A stretch of DNA of 64,000 bases from Callorhinchus milii (Eukaryota), in the NCBI RefSeq assembly GCF_018977255.1, contig NW_024704743.1, forward strand, positions 61,072,001-61,136,000, given 5' to 3'. A program made the translations under genes and the position numbers. The notes under the pieces were generated by a model. The model saw nothing but the letters and a program-made list of their open reading frames with translations. It did not search any database and was not told where the DNA came from. The number at the start of each line of letters is the position of its first letter. Position 1 is the stretch's first letter. Below are positions 53,623-64,000 of the stretch, in pieces.

Positions 53623-54089
53623 CTGTAAGCAAGAGAAGCACACCGTTAAACAGGTTTCATCTAATCATGCTACAGCTATAAATTTATTGAGAATGAAACC
53701 ATTAAATAGCAGATATTTCAATAAGCAAGAACTACTGTATATACAACTGTGCTGGCATTAAAGTTAGCAGGAAGGACTGTGCATGCACCAGTGTTAGTAA
53801 TGATGAGAAGCCTGTGTTTGCATTGCTATCGGTAATACAATTAATTACAATTTACATTCATATAGCTCTTCTCATGTTGGGAGGAACTCTCAAAGCAATT
53901 TACAGAGCTGGATGGGCAGCTGAGCTGGGAGTGGGAGCCAAGGGGTGGTGGGGAGAGGAAAGGTGATTGAAAGTGCAGACAATCTCACTTGGCTATTGTA
54001 ATACTACAGCCGGATCCAGGTCAGAAGTGGGTGTCAAACAAGAGAGTGCCAAGAAAGGTAGGCTTGTGTTTTAATAAACAGAAACTTAC

Positions 54090-54215
54090 CTTTTCGTGGA
54101 TAACATCGTCTGAAACAAAAGTAAAAAAGCACACACACAATCAGAGCCAAGGAGATCGCTACAATGATTGTTAAAGAGTGAAGGGAACTTCTGGTGTGTT
54201 TCTTGGCTTCTTGAC
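54090..54215 (-). CDS. HEPACAM2: HEPACAM2 transmembrane exon (GQEAKKHTRSSLHSLTIIVAISLALIVCVLFYFCFRRCYPRK)
   Basis: 126 nt phase 1/1, CAG/GTAAG; hydrophobic helix followed by basic stop-transfer residues. Confidence 0.9.
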
Positions 54216-57200
54216 CTGTTGAGGAAAATGTATTGTACAATCAGAGCAGGTTCAGTGAAATGTACCTTCCAACTGTAATGGTGTTCTTGCGATCTATTTA
54301 TAATAACAATAATTTTTGGATATCATACAGTGTCTTATCACGTCGTTGAGATGTCTCACTTTCAGTTCTTTGGAGAAGAGTTCCTGTGAGTCAGACAGGA
54401 TGTACTGCTGGTTAATAGCAGGATTCCCTGTTAGCGACTCTGGGTCACTGTTAGTAAATCTCATTGTGGATCACTGTTTTGTTGGCCACCTCGCACGCGT
54501 ACCATTAAATGCTGCAGTGAGACATCTTTGCCTGCTCTTGATGTCCACTCAGCACTAATTGGCACTGGTCCCATTTCATTATCGTGTCAAGTGATGTTCG
54601 ATTGAATGCTGAGAAGCTTTTGGACAGCAATTACAAATGCATTTATTTGCCTTTACTCAACAGTCACCGTGTTCATTTTGCACAGAACCGATTTGTTGAG
54701 TTTTATGGTTAAAACCGATCGACAGGCTGCATTGTTATTGAATGAAGCAGCTATCACTGTGGTGATCTCATCTGAAGTGATTACAGTGAAACATTAGCAA
54801 CAATGAGCACCTGCTCTTCCTATTTGCTTTCATAATACACCTGTCCTGTAATGTGAAGCCTTCGTGAAAACATTATGTCAAAGTGTGAAAACAGCAGCCC
54901 ATTCAGCGCTGACAGTCAGTTTACATTTTACAGCGAGCTCACTGAATCCTGGAAGGTCAATAAGAGCTCAAGGAGATCTGTAACAGCGTTTCTTATAATA
55001 ACTCCAGATATGGCAAAAACAGTGATCGTAATGAATGGATAATATCTATTGAACCTGTAAATATAAAACAAAGGAAATGCATTGTCCTCTGCTTTTCTGT
55101 GTGAAGGGTATTATAACTCATGGCTAGGGGTTACACTCAAGCGATTATATCTCGAGTCCCGTGAACATTTTTTTAATGTAATTTGGGGTTTTATTTTTCG
55201 GGAATTTCATGTCATTTTGTTTTATCCATTAAAAATGTTGTCTTATTTAATTTTATTAAATTTACATTGATGAAATACTTCAAATGATCATATATAAATT
55301 CCCTTTGTGAAATGGACTTTCCTTATGCAGAACGTTTCTTTAAGGGGAGCTGGGAGGGCAAAGCCCTGAGGAGGACCCCGGTCAGTGCTCTGAGCAGCCC
55401 CTCTCCCACCCCCTCAGGGGCGCCCACAACTTCAGGTCCAGTAGGCTGCTCATCAGGGCAACCTCACCTCTGAATGGCCAATAGACCTGTCAGTCAAGCC
55501 TTGAAGGGGACTTACTGATGGGCACCATGGCATCCTGTGTTTGTTTTACAATTTTTTTCATTTTATTTCATTTAAAATGTTGCTTTTCATTTTATTTCAT
55601 ATTTGCAAAAAACAAGGGCCCCAATTATATCCCACTGTTTCATACTGTTTACGATATCTGCAATACATACAAAGCGTTACGTTAACGCTATGAAAAGATC
55701 ATGTTGCACAATGATGCTTTGCAAGGTTATTACAACAGGTTTAGACAGAAATAGGATCTAAATGCTGTTTGGATGCTCACTTCCTCTACTCTGGGTTCCT
55801 CATTTTCCATTTTCCAGCCGGGCCTCCGACTCCCAAGGAAACCTGTCACCATGCTTAAGAGTATCCAAACCAAACAGAGTTCCATGCATCCTGAAGGGAC
55901 ACATCCTGCTTACCTAACCCCAGAGAGTATTAAGAGCGGGTTATTCAATACTTACTCAGGATTCAGGGCAAAGAGGGACGGACTCATGTGGAAGCTGGTG
56001 ATAACTAAGAAATTTGCGGAAGAAATTTGCGGAAGAAATTTGCGGTGTTTCCTAACGAGCTCCTTGTGATTGTTATCACAGTCACATTAACTACACTTAC
56101 AAACTATGTTGAGCATCTAACAATTGGACTGAATTTGAAAACTAAACATACACATTACTGAAGAACACTGCTGATGCTAGAAATCTGAAATAAAAATAGA
56201 AGTCTTTTGATGAGAGATCATCGACCTGAAATGTTAACTCCCTTTCCTCTCTCCATAGAGATTACTTAAGGGATCGCTTAACAGCCCCTTGATCCCTTAA
56301 GTATGGAATATGAATTATGCAGATATGCTAGAAATGAACACTCTCCCCACCCTCCCACCTCACCCCAACTCTATGGAACTGGGAGCAGGAAGACAAATGT
56401 GCAGCCAAGAAATTTGGAATTCAGAGCAATGTTAATGAGGGACTACATCTGAGTAATTCTTATTCAGATTCTTATTCAGAACTTACAGTCCCTCAATTCA
56501 GGCCTCAAATTAGACCCAATTGTTCTCCTTTAGAATTATTTTTAAAATCCTGTCCTGCGTGTTTTCACGATCCACTCATGTCTCATAATTGTAACAAATG
56601 CAGATATCAAGTCTTTAAATTTAATCCTTTTTTGGATAACCTGCAATATGTCAGATAGCGGGAACAGAGTCAAAGGTGTTAATTGAATCTCTGGGAACTT
56701 GTGACATTCACAATCCACTCAAACCTTGCTTTCATTATTCAACACACCAGATCAACTCAAATCAAATTCAGCATTTTGTCATTTGCTGTTCAGAACCCAA
56801 TTATTCTGTCTACTCCATGACAGCACCAACATTAAGTTGTCTGGATATAAAATACAGCTTCTAAGTATAATGTAGAAATAGAAGAATGTAGAAAACCACT
56901 CACACTATTCACAGGTTAAATTACAAAAGCCCTATTCTATTCAGAAGGTACAGCTACTGATGTGGACATGTTACTGCCACTCACACAGGGTACATCTCAG
57001 TCCCTATTCCCCAAACAATCAGAGAAGAACCAATACCTTTTTCTGAGTCTCTCTAAACTGCTCAGGCAACAAACTGCAGTGGACATTTTAATTATTCCAA
57101 AAACACATCATTAGGTTCCAAAACCCCCTTTGACTGGTAGTCAATTTCGGCTGGTGACAGGTTCGTGTCCTCCTGGTGACAGGCTGCCGTATTGATCTGA

Positions 57201-58032
57201 AGCAGCTAAAAGCATAGTGCAGGTGGTGCGAACAAACAAATACAAAGTCCCTCAACCATCAGTGTGAAGGAGGTTGGGCTTGGGAGCGTCATAAGATGAT
57301 TAATTGAGAAGGTGGCAGCCGTTTTCTTTCACAGATCTGAGTTGTTACAGATTTTAAAGTGCACTTCATTCAGTTTTGGGAGGTTATGTTTCCGTTTCTA
57401 ATCTGTTTCTCTGGTGGTTTTGTTGTGAAAAACTGCCGACACTGCTGGCTCAGTGGTACTGCGTAAGTACACTTTACTGATTTCTCTAACAGACAGGAAT
57501 AGTTCACATGTCTGCCAAGCCAACTTAAGACCAAGTTCCCCAACAGTAGCTAATAAGACCGCTTTGTCCTAAAATTTTAGATGATGAAAAATTGTGGTAA
57601 ATTCTTGAAATCAGTCTTAATTTGGAAGCTTCTTCATTTGTGGATGAAGAGTAAAAACAACTTCTAAATTAAAAAGGAATTTAAGATTTTTTTCTCCATT
57701 TTGCAGTGGAGATCTAATAGATCTAATCAGTCATGATCTATAACGGTGTAACAGACTTGAGAGACTGAATGGACTACTCTTGTTCCTATGTACCCAAACT
57801 TAAATGTTAAGGCAGGCAAAAATGAGGTGAAATTTCAGACCTGAAGTCTGACTGCTCATTTAAATTCCCAGCAAATAAATTGATTTGTTCTCAAATTCCA
57901 GATCTGCCTAATAGATGCATTTCACACATGGCATCTAGCTTTAGTGGGAACTAAACCAGCCTTGAAATCCAACATTCAGATATCACTATGAAAACCAATC
58001 GTTGATGGACAATGTTCAAACCCTGCACCCAC

Positions 58033-58329
58033 CTGCTACAGAGAGTATGAGTGTGACCTGAGCTTCATCCCGTTTGCCAGTGATGTTGTTGTACACGCAG
58101 CATGTGTAGTCAGCTTTCTCAGGGGCTTTTCCAGAATTGATTCTCAGCAGTGGCCCCCACTGAATGGGTCTTGTCTCGTTGTTGGATTTTTGAAACCATG
58201 AATAGACATTCGGTGGGTTGGAGCTGGCTGAACATTTGAACAAGATTGGCATTCCTTTGCCAATGGCGAAGACTCCCTCACGGATTTTATATTGGGCTTC
58301 TGAATTCACTGTCAGATCATAGGGTCCAT
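58033..58329 (-). CDS. HEPACAM2: HEPACAM2 exon encoding the membrane-proximal Ig domain (GPYDLTVNSE...FKCSASSNPPNVYSW...DYTCCVYNNITGKRDE...SVA)
   Basis: 297 nt phase 1/1 exon; Ig C-W-C pattern; DYxCCxYNNITG motif as in HEPACAM2; neighbour of VPS50 as in human. Confidence 0.92.
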
Positions 58330-58389
58330 CTGAAAAAGTTCAAATGCAAGCAGCATTACACAATAGTAATATGAGGGTAGAATGTGCCT

Positions 58390-59068
58390 TTTAAAACATT
58401 CCTCTGTGTGGAGAAATACTTCCTGACATCAGTTCTATCCATTTGTGTTCGGATTTTGTAATGGGGGCAGAACCTTCAACTCCAAGCAAAACGGCACACC
58501 TTGGGATATCTTCCCAATGTGAAAGGCGCTATATAAATGCAATTTGTTGTTTTGTTGTTATAATGGATCCTTCTATCAGAGGGAAGAGTCATCCACTATC
58601 TATAACCTGTCAATTCCTTTCATTATTTTAAATACCTCAATCAAGTCACCCCATAACCTCCTTTGTTTTAAGGAATACAATTCCTTTCATTACAGCCAAA
58701 CTGTTTTAGCCCACCAAATAGTTCAGTGAACAGTTGCTGGACATTCTCAAATGCTGGTATATTATTCAGAGTTTTGAGTCCCCGAAATTAAACACAGTCC
58801 TCAAAATGACGATTGCTTTTTGTATCTGGAGCAAGATATCCTTGCTTTTATATTCCAGACCACTTGTAATAAAAGTATCTTATTTGGTTTACGTGCTGTT
58901 TTCTGCACATGTGAACTGGATTTTGATGATGCGTGGAGTTGAACCTCTAGATCTGTTTGCTCACCTACCCCTCCTAGTGCTTCTCCATTAAGGACAAACT
59001 CCCAATCATTATTCTTCCACCCCAACTGTATTAACTAACACATTTTAATGTTAAACTTCATCTGCCAT
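58390..59068 (-). mobile_element. Old CR1 fragment, with a small L2 tail at ~58490-58560
   Basis: WQMKFN and DLEVQLH remnants. Confidence 0.65.
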
Positions 59069-59884
59069 AGTTTGTACGGATTTTCAAAAGGCGTTTGATA
59101 AAGTGCCACATAAGAGACTTGTAATCAAAATAGAAGCCCACAGTATTAAAGGGACTGTGGCAGCCTTGATACAGAACTGCCCGGGATACAGAAAGCAGAG
59201 AGTGGTGGTGAATGGTTGTTTTTCTGACTGGAGGGAAGTGTGTAGTTGTTTCCCTCAGGGGTCGGTATTGGGGCCACTGCTGTTTTTGATCTATATAAAT
59301 GACCTGGACTTGGGTATAGGGAGTACAATTTCCAAGTTTGCAGATGATACTAAGATAGGAAAAGTAGTAAACGATGAGGAGGATAGTAGCAGATTGCAAG
59401 AGGACATAGACAGACTGGTAAAATGGGTAGACATGTGGCAGATGAAGTTTAATGTGAAGAAATGCGAAGTGATGCATTTTGTGAGGAAGATTGAGGAGAG
59501 GCAATATAAGCTGATGGTACAATCTTAAAGGGGGTGAAGGAACAGAGAGACCCGGGGGTTCATATAAGTAAATCTGTGAAGGTGGCAGGACAGGTAGATA
59601 AAGCTGTTAAAAAAGCATATGGGATATTAGGCTTTATAAATAGGGGCATAGAGTACAATAGTCAGGAAGTTATGATGAATGTTTATAAACACTGGTTAGG
59701 CCTCAGCGAGAGTACTGTGTTCAGTTCTGGGCACCCAACTTTAGGAAGAATGTCAAGGCATTGGATAGTGCAAAGGAGATTTACCAACATGGTACCAGGA
59801 ATGAGGCCTTCAGTTATGAGGAGAGGCTAGAGAAGCTAGGATTATTCTCCTTGGAGCAGAGAAGGTTAAGAGGAGAATTAATAG
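59069..59884 (+). mobile_element. CR1 RT fragment; resumes at ~60643-60760
   Basis: DFQKAFDKVPH, PQGSVLGPLLF, KFADDTK, WQMKFN motifs. Confidence 0.92.
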
Positions 59885-59889
59885 TATTA

Positions 59890-60254
59890 AATAATAATAA
59901 TCCTTGCATTTGATATAGTGCCTTATCACGTCTTCGAGATGTCTCTAATCGCTTCACAGGATATACTGTAAAGTGAATTGACTGTATATTTTGTGGGTGA
60001 AACGCCGCAGCCAATTGCGCACAGCAGTGTCCCACAAACCGTTGTGGAATGAGTGATCAAGCGGATTATTACCCCGGAAAAGCGATCCGCCAATCGACTA
60101 ACAAGCTGGCTCCTACTTACTGCTAGGTGAAGGCATGTATGTGCGTGTGGAGTAAGGAAATTTGCCCAACGTTTCGTCCTGACCGGCCCGGGAATTGAAC
60201 CCAGGTCCTCTAGCTTGCGAGCCGATAGCTCTAACCACTGAGCTACAGGACTCC
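59890..60254 (-). mobile_element. tRNA-derived SINE, longer subfamily, nested in a CR1
   Basis: Full head; middle segment (ttagtcgattggcggatcgcttttcc) shared with copies at 1-252 and 33510-33730. Confidence 0.9.
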
Positions 60255-63200
60255 ATAGAGTTGGCCATTCCGTAATATTCAGAGGTTGGGGGGGATCTCA
60301 ATGGCAGCCTGGAGGGGTGGGGGTCACACAGGCTGGCTGTTCCAGGTTCTTCACCATGGACTATACGAGTGAGTATAAAATACTGCTCAGGAAGGTGTTC
60401 ATAGTGACACAGTGTCAATTGCTCTCATAGGCTGGGAGGGTGGGGGTGGGCAGTCAGGGGAATCCCTGCTCTGTACTGGGGGGCGAGTAGACCGAAGGTG
60501 GCACCGTCTGTGGGGACTTCCACTCGCGCTGTCCAGCCTGTGTGACAGTGGGCGGGGCTGTGTCTCAGTGTCGGGGAGGCTGGGAACCCTGCTCACAAAC
60601 AGCTTCTTCAGGGGAAAATCTACCTCCATCTCACCTTTGCGTTAACAGAAGTTTTCAAAGTTATGAGGGGATTCGATAGGTGGAACAAGGAGAAACTACT
60701 GGTGGGGGGATGGGGTCGGTACTCCAAGGGCACCGATTTAAAATAGTTGTTGAAACTACCCAGACGCTGTAGTGATCTAATATAACATAGGGTATAATTA
60801 TATTGACATGAAGCATCACACTATCATGTGATAGGCTTATATTTACAATATGTTTGCTTCAATATTAGCTTTCACAATAAGATAGTTACATGTGAATCTC
60901 CATTTTTTAAAATTGAAACTCAGATAAAAACTTCAATTGTCAAAATCATGAAGCGATTTTATAACCAAATACATCACATGTTCCTTCTGTTTATTAACCT
61001 GATAAAGCTTCTCGCAGTGCAACATTTGCAAACTTCATTAGTACTTCCCAAAATGTGTAGGTGAATGCATAACAACCTCAGCTACACGCTAAAATGTTTT
61101 TCAAGAAATAATGGCTAATAACAATTACTGACTCATGTAGAGTTTGATGCCCTTTCACCATATTGTAACATCAAGTTAGTGTTACCTTTGAGCTTCAAAG
61201 TTTAAAGGAAGTTTAAGGTTACTTTGAATTGTGACTTTATTTTGACATCTTTAGAAATATTTTTTGATATCTTTGCCAACACAAACATTAGGTAATACTA
61301 ATAAGCTTAAGATGAATATCAAAAAACATTGTCACAAACTGATAGTGTGTTTGGACGAATGCACAACACATACTTTATATTGGGAGATAGTATCACTGCA
61401 CTTTCACAATAAATTAACAATGAGTAATTGTCTTCTTTCTAACCACAACAAGGAGGACCAAGGTGGACCAAGGTGAGATATTTTAATAGATATGAGTCAC
61501 TTAAGACATCTGTCACTGTTTAATATTGAGACTCAATGAATGTAAACAAACAGAGTACAATCTAGCTGGTTATATCATTTGTTCTGTATTATTCTGAAAT
61601 ACAATGTAGATTGCAATTTTCGTACTGGAAAAATACATGGCAACTTCTTTAGAAATTCAGCACAAACCAATGACTAGCCTGGATTTACTGCAGACCGGCC
61701 TGGGTTTGTCAACTTGTCGCTGGTTCAGCCTTTCTCTTCTCTGCTCAAGGAAAATATTTCCACAAGAGAATATTGTCATTTCATCAGACAAGTGGTGGGA
61801 AATTAACCTCACTGGGATAGAGGTGTTAATAGTTTGTGAGGGAAATAGCAACTGCAATTGGTGTACAAAATGGTAGCTATATCTGTATGCAGTAGTGAGT
61901 CCAGCGCTCACACTAGTTGGAGCCAGTCCTGTTACGCATATGAAAATCGTGTGGATAATGGGATCTATGTATTTGCATTTTGATGTATGTGTGTGTGTGT
62001 CTGTCAAGCTGTTTCTCTTTTTTTTGTGTATTTGTTGCTGTCTCTCCAAATATTTGTGTAGGTGTGTGTGTTTCTCTAAACTTATAATTCTCTTAACTGT
62101 AACTGTGCTTAGTTTCGTCTTGTATTGTCCTTGCGCTGCCAGTTGAGTCTGTCTCCATTATAACCACAATGCTGGATGCCTCATGTACATGCACACAAAT
62201 GAAAACAAATCTTTTCGCTTCTACATTGGAGCTAATGAAGATTCTCAGACACGTGAATAATTAACGTATAGATATGCAAAACTGTACTCATTCACATTCA
62301 GATTAGCTGGAATCACATGTGCTTAACAAAAAAAGATGCACATTGCAGTGGCTTTGAATGAGGATGTAATCCAGGTTGTGTTGTATAGAATGATTTTTTT
62401 CTGAATTCTCAGACACTAGGATGATGCCAGACATGAATTATATTAATTTACAGTTACTGTATATTAATTTAATCCAGTATTTGGGAAGTGACAGTTGAAG
62501 TCTCAGTTTTGCAGCTGTTTATTATGATGATATTTCTATCATCCTAAGCAGGTAATATGCACAAAAAAAACTTGCTGGCCAACACGCACCATCAAGCTGT
62601 GTTGAGACACATAATTTATAAATGATGCAGACACAACTAAGTAATGCCACTTGCCCCATGAGCTTTATTTTCTATAATCTGTCATTCTAACAATGTGTAA
62701 TTTATTTATAGCAATCTGGTGTCTTTAGTAGGTTCATCTGCACTGATCAGCAAATGTAGCAAATCTTTTGATGTCCTTATGATGGAAAGTTCCATTACAG
62801 GAACACATTGAAAGATGTGAATGACTGGAGCAGAATAAGTCCCTTTTGGTTCTTCTTTCTAAGATAATATTGATAATGTTTCTACTATATTACATTCAGC
62901 AGAGATAGGTGACTAGAAAGCTGTTACAGATGTTTATGTAGTCCACTGGAGGTCTATCTTATTGGAAGCACTACCTATGACTATCTAGGGGCACTTGAAT
63001 GCCACCTCGACTTAGAATGTAAGAAACTTTAAAGTTCACAATATATTGTGGAAAATTCTTAACTTCAATCTTATATTGGAGGCCAAGTTTCCTCAGTTCT
63101 TAAAAAGAACTGGTTTCTAATTTAAGACTGAATTGAAGATTTTTCCACAAGTCTGAGTAATCTTACATTTCAGGACAAAATGGTTTTACAGGCTAGAACA

Positions 63201-63280
63201 CCTGAGATTTCAGGTTTCAGTTCTCACTGTGAGACCAACTAGTGACTATTCTCCTTGGGGAGAAGGTAAGTAGAATCCAC

Positions 63281-64000
63281 TTAGCGATGAGCTGGCTCCA
63301 AAGTGACCTGCTTTTTAATGGAATGTCACAATCGAGGCCACCTTGTGATGGTCTCAGTAATCTGGTTCCTCAGATAGGATGTTTGTGTACTGCAGGGCAC
63401 AGCTGATGACAGGACAGCCAGCCTGGCTCATCGGCAGCACTTGAAGGGGCAAACCAGTCACTGGAGGCAGGGATTTTTCCCACACAGGAGAGAGTGTTCA
63501 TTCCATTCCATTTGCTTAGATGACATAGAAATGTGAAACTCTGAATGATTTCAAATCACTGCAAAAAAAGTCCTAGCGTTCATACCCAGCAGCTCCATAA
63601 ATTGAACCAAATGAGGATAAAGTGAAGAAAGTGACTGTCAGAGTCATTTCCTATTCTCTGCTCCAGGTATTTGGGGAGTGAAGATCACAATCCAATTCAA
63701 TGGTGGTTTGCATTCTAACACTGGAAGTCCACGTATCCTAGAACGATTTGGACCACTGGTGGTTTCAAAAATCAAGTGACATTGAAAAGCAAATCATTTA
63801 TCGGGTGTTAGTTACCCATAAGGTATGGTGCGTTTTTACGTCTGTTAACTGGCATTAGCTCCATTCAGAATTAGGAACATAGGAACATAGGAATTAGGAG
63901 CAGGAGTAGACCATTCAGCCCCTCGAGCCTGTCCCGCCATTCAATAAGATCGTGGCTGAATCTTCTAACCTAACTCCATCTGCCTGCCTTATCCCAATAT
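63281..64000. repeat. Direct duplication, copy B (in a HEPACAM2 intron); runs off the window
   Basis: Matches 3646-4365. Confidence 0.97.

Noticed and set aside
56008..56045. (AAGAAATTTGCGG)x3 tandem
   Set aside because: Short slippage repeat with no further structure

Overview
Vertebrate nuclear DNA, about 40% GC and rich in repeats. The repeat landscape (CR1 and L2 LINEs, tRNA/Deu-domain SINEs) and protein divergence suggest a cartilaginous fish, possibly a chimaera; this is inference. Two spliced genes lie on the minus strand. VPS50 (syndetin/CCDC132, EARP subunit) has coding exons 1-12 at 38968->2060 and continues off the left edge. HEPACAM2 has six 3' coding exons (third Ig domain, TM, cytoplasmic tail, stop) at 58329->49369, with its 5' exons off the right edge. 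Exon boundaries were placed by hand with GT-AG sites and consistent phases. Most ORFs in the supplied track are repeat or low-complexity artefacts. Main observations: (1) two independent LINE insertions whose truncated 5' ends are fused to copies of nearby host DNA, a >=720-bp ~99% copy from 60 kb away and a perfect 72-bp inverted copy from 163 bp away; (2) HEPACAM2 is tandem rather than head-to-head with VPS50; (3) a compact VPS50 promoter with an in-frame uORF, squeezed between a young SINE and a 1.46-kb CT satellite; (4) two non-autonomous terminal-inverted-repeat (TIR) elements. Repeat boundaries are approximate unless stated.
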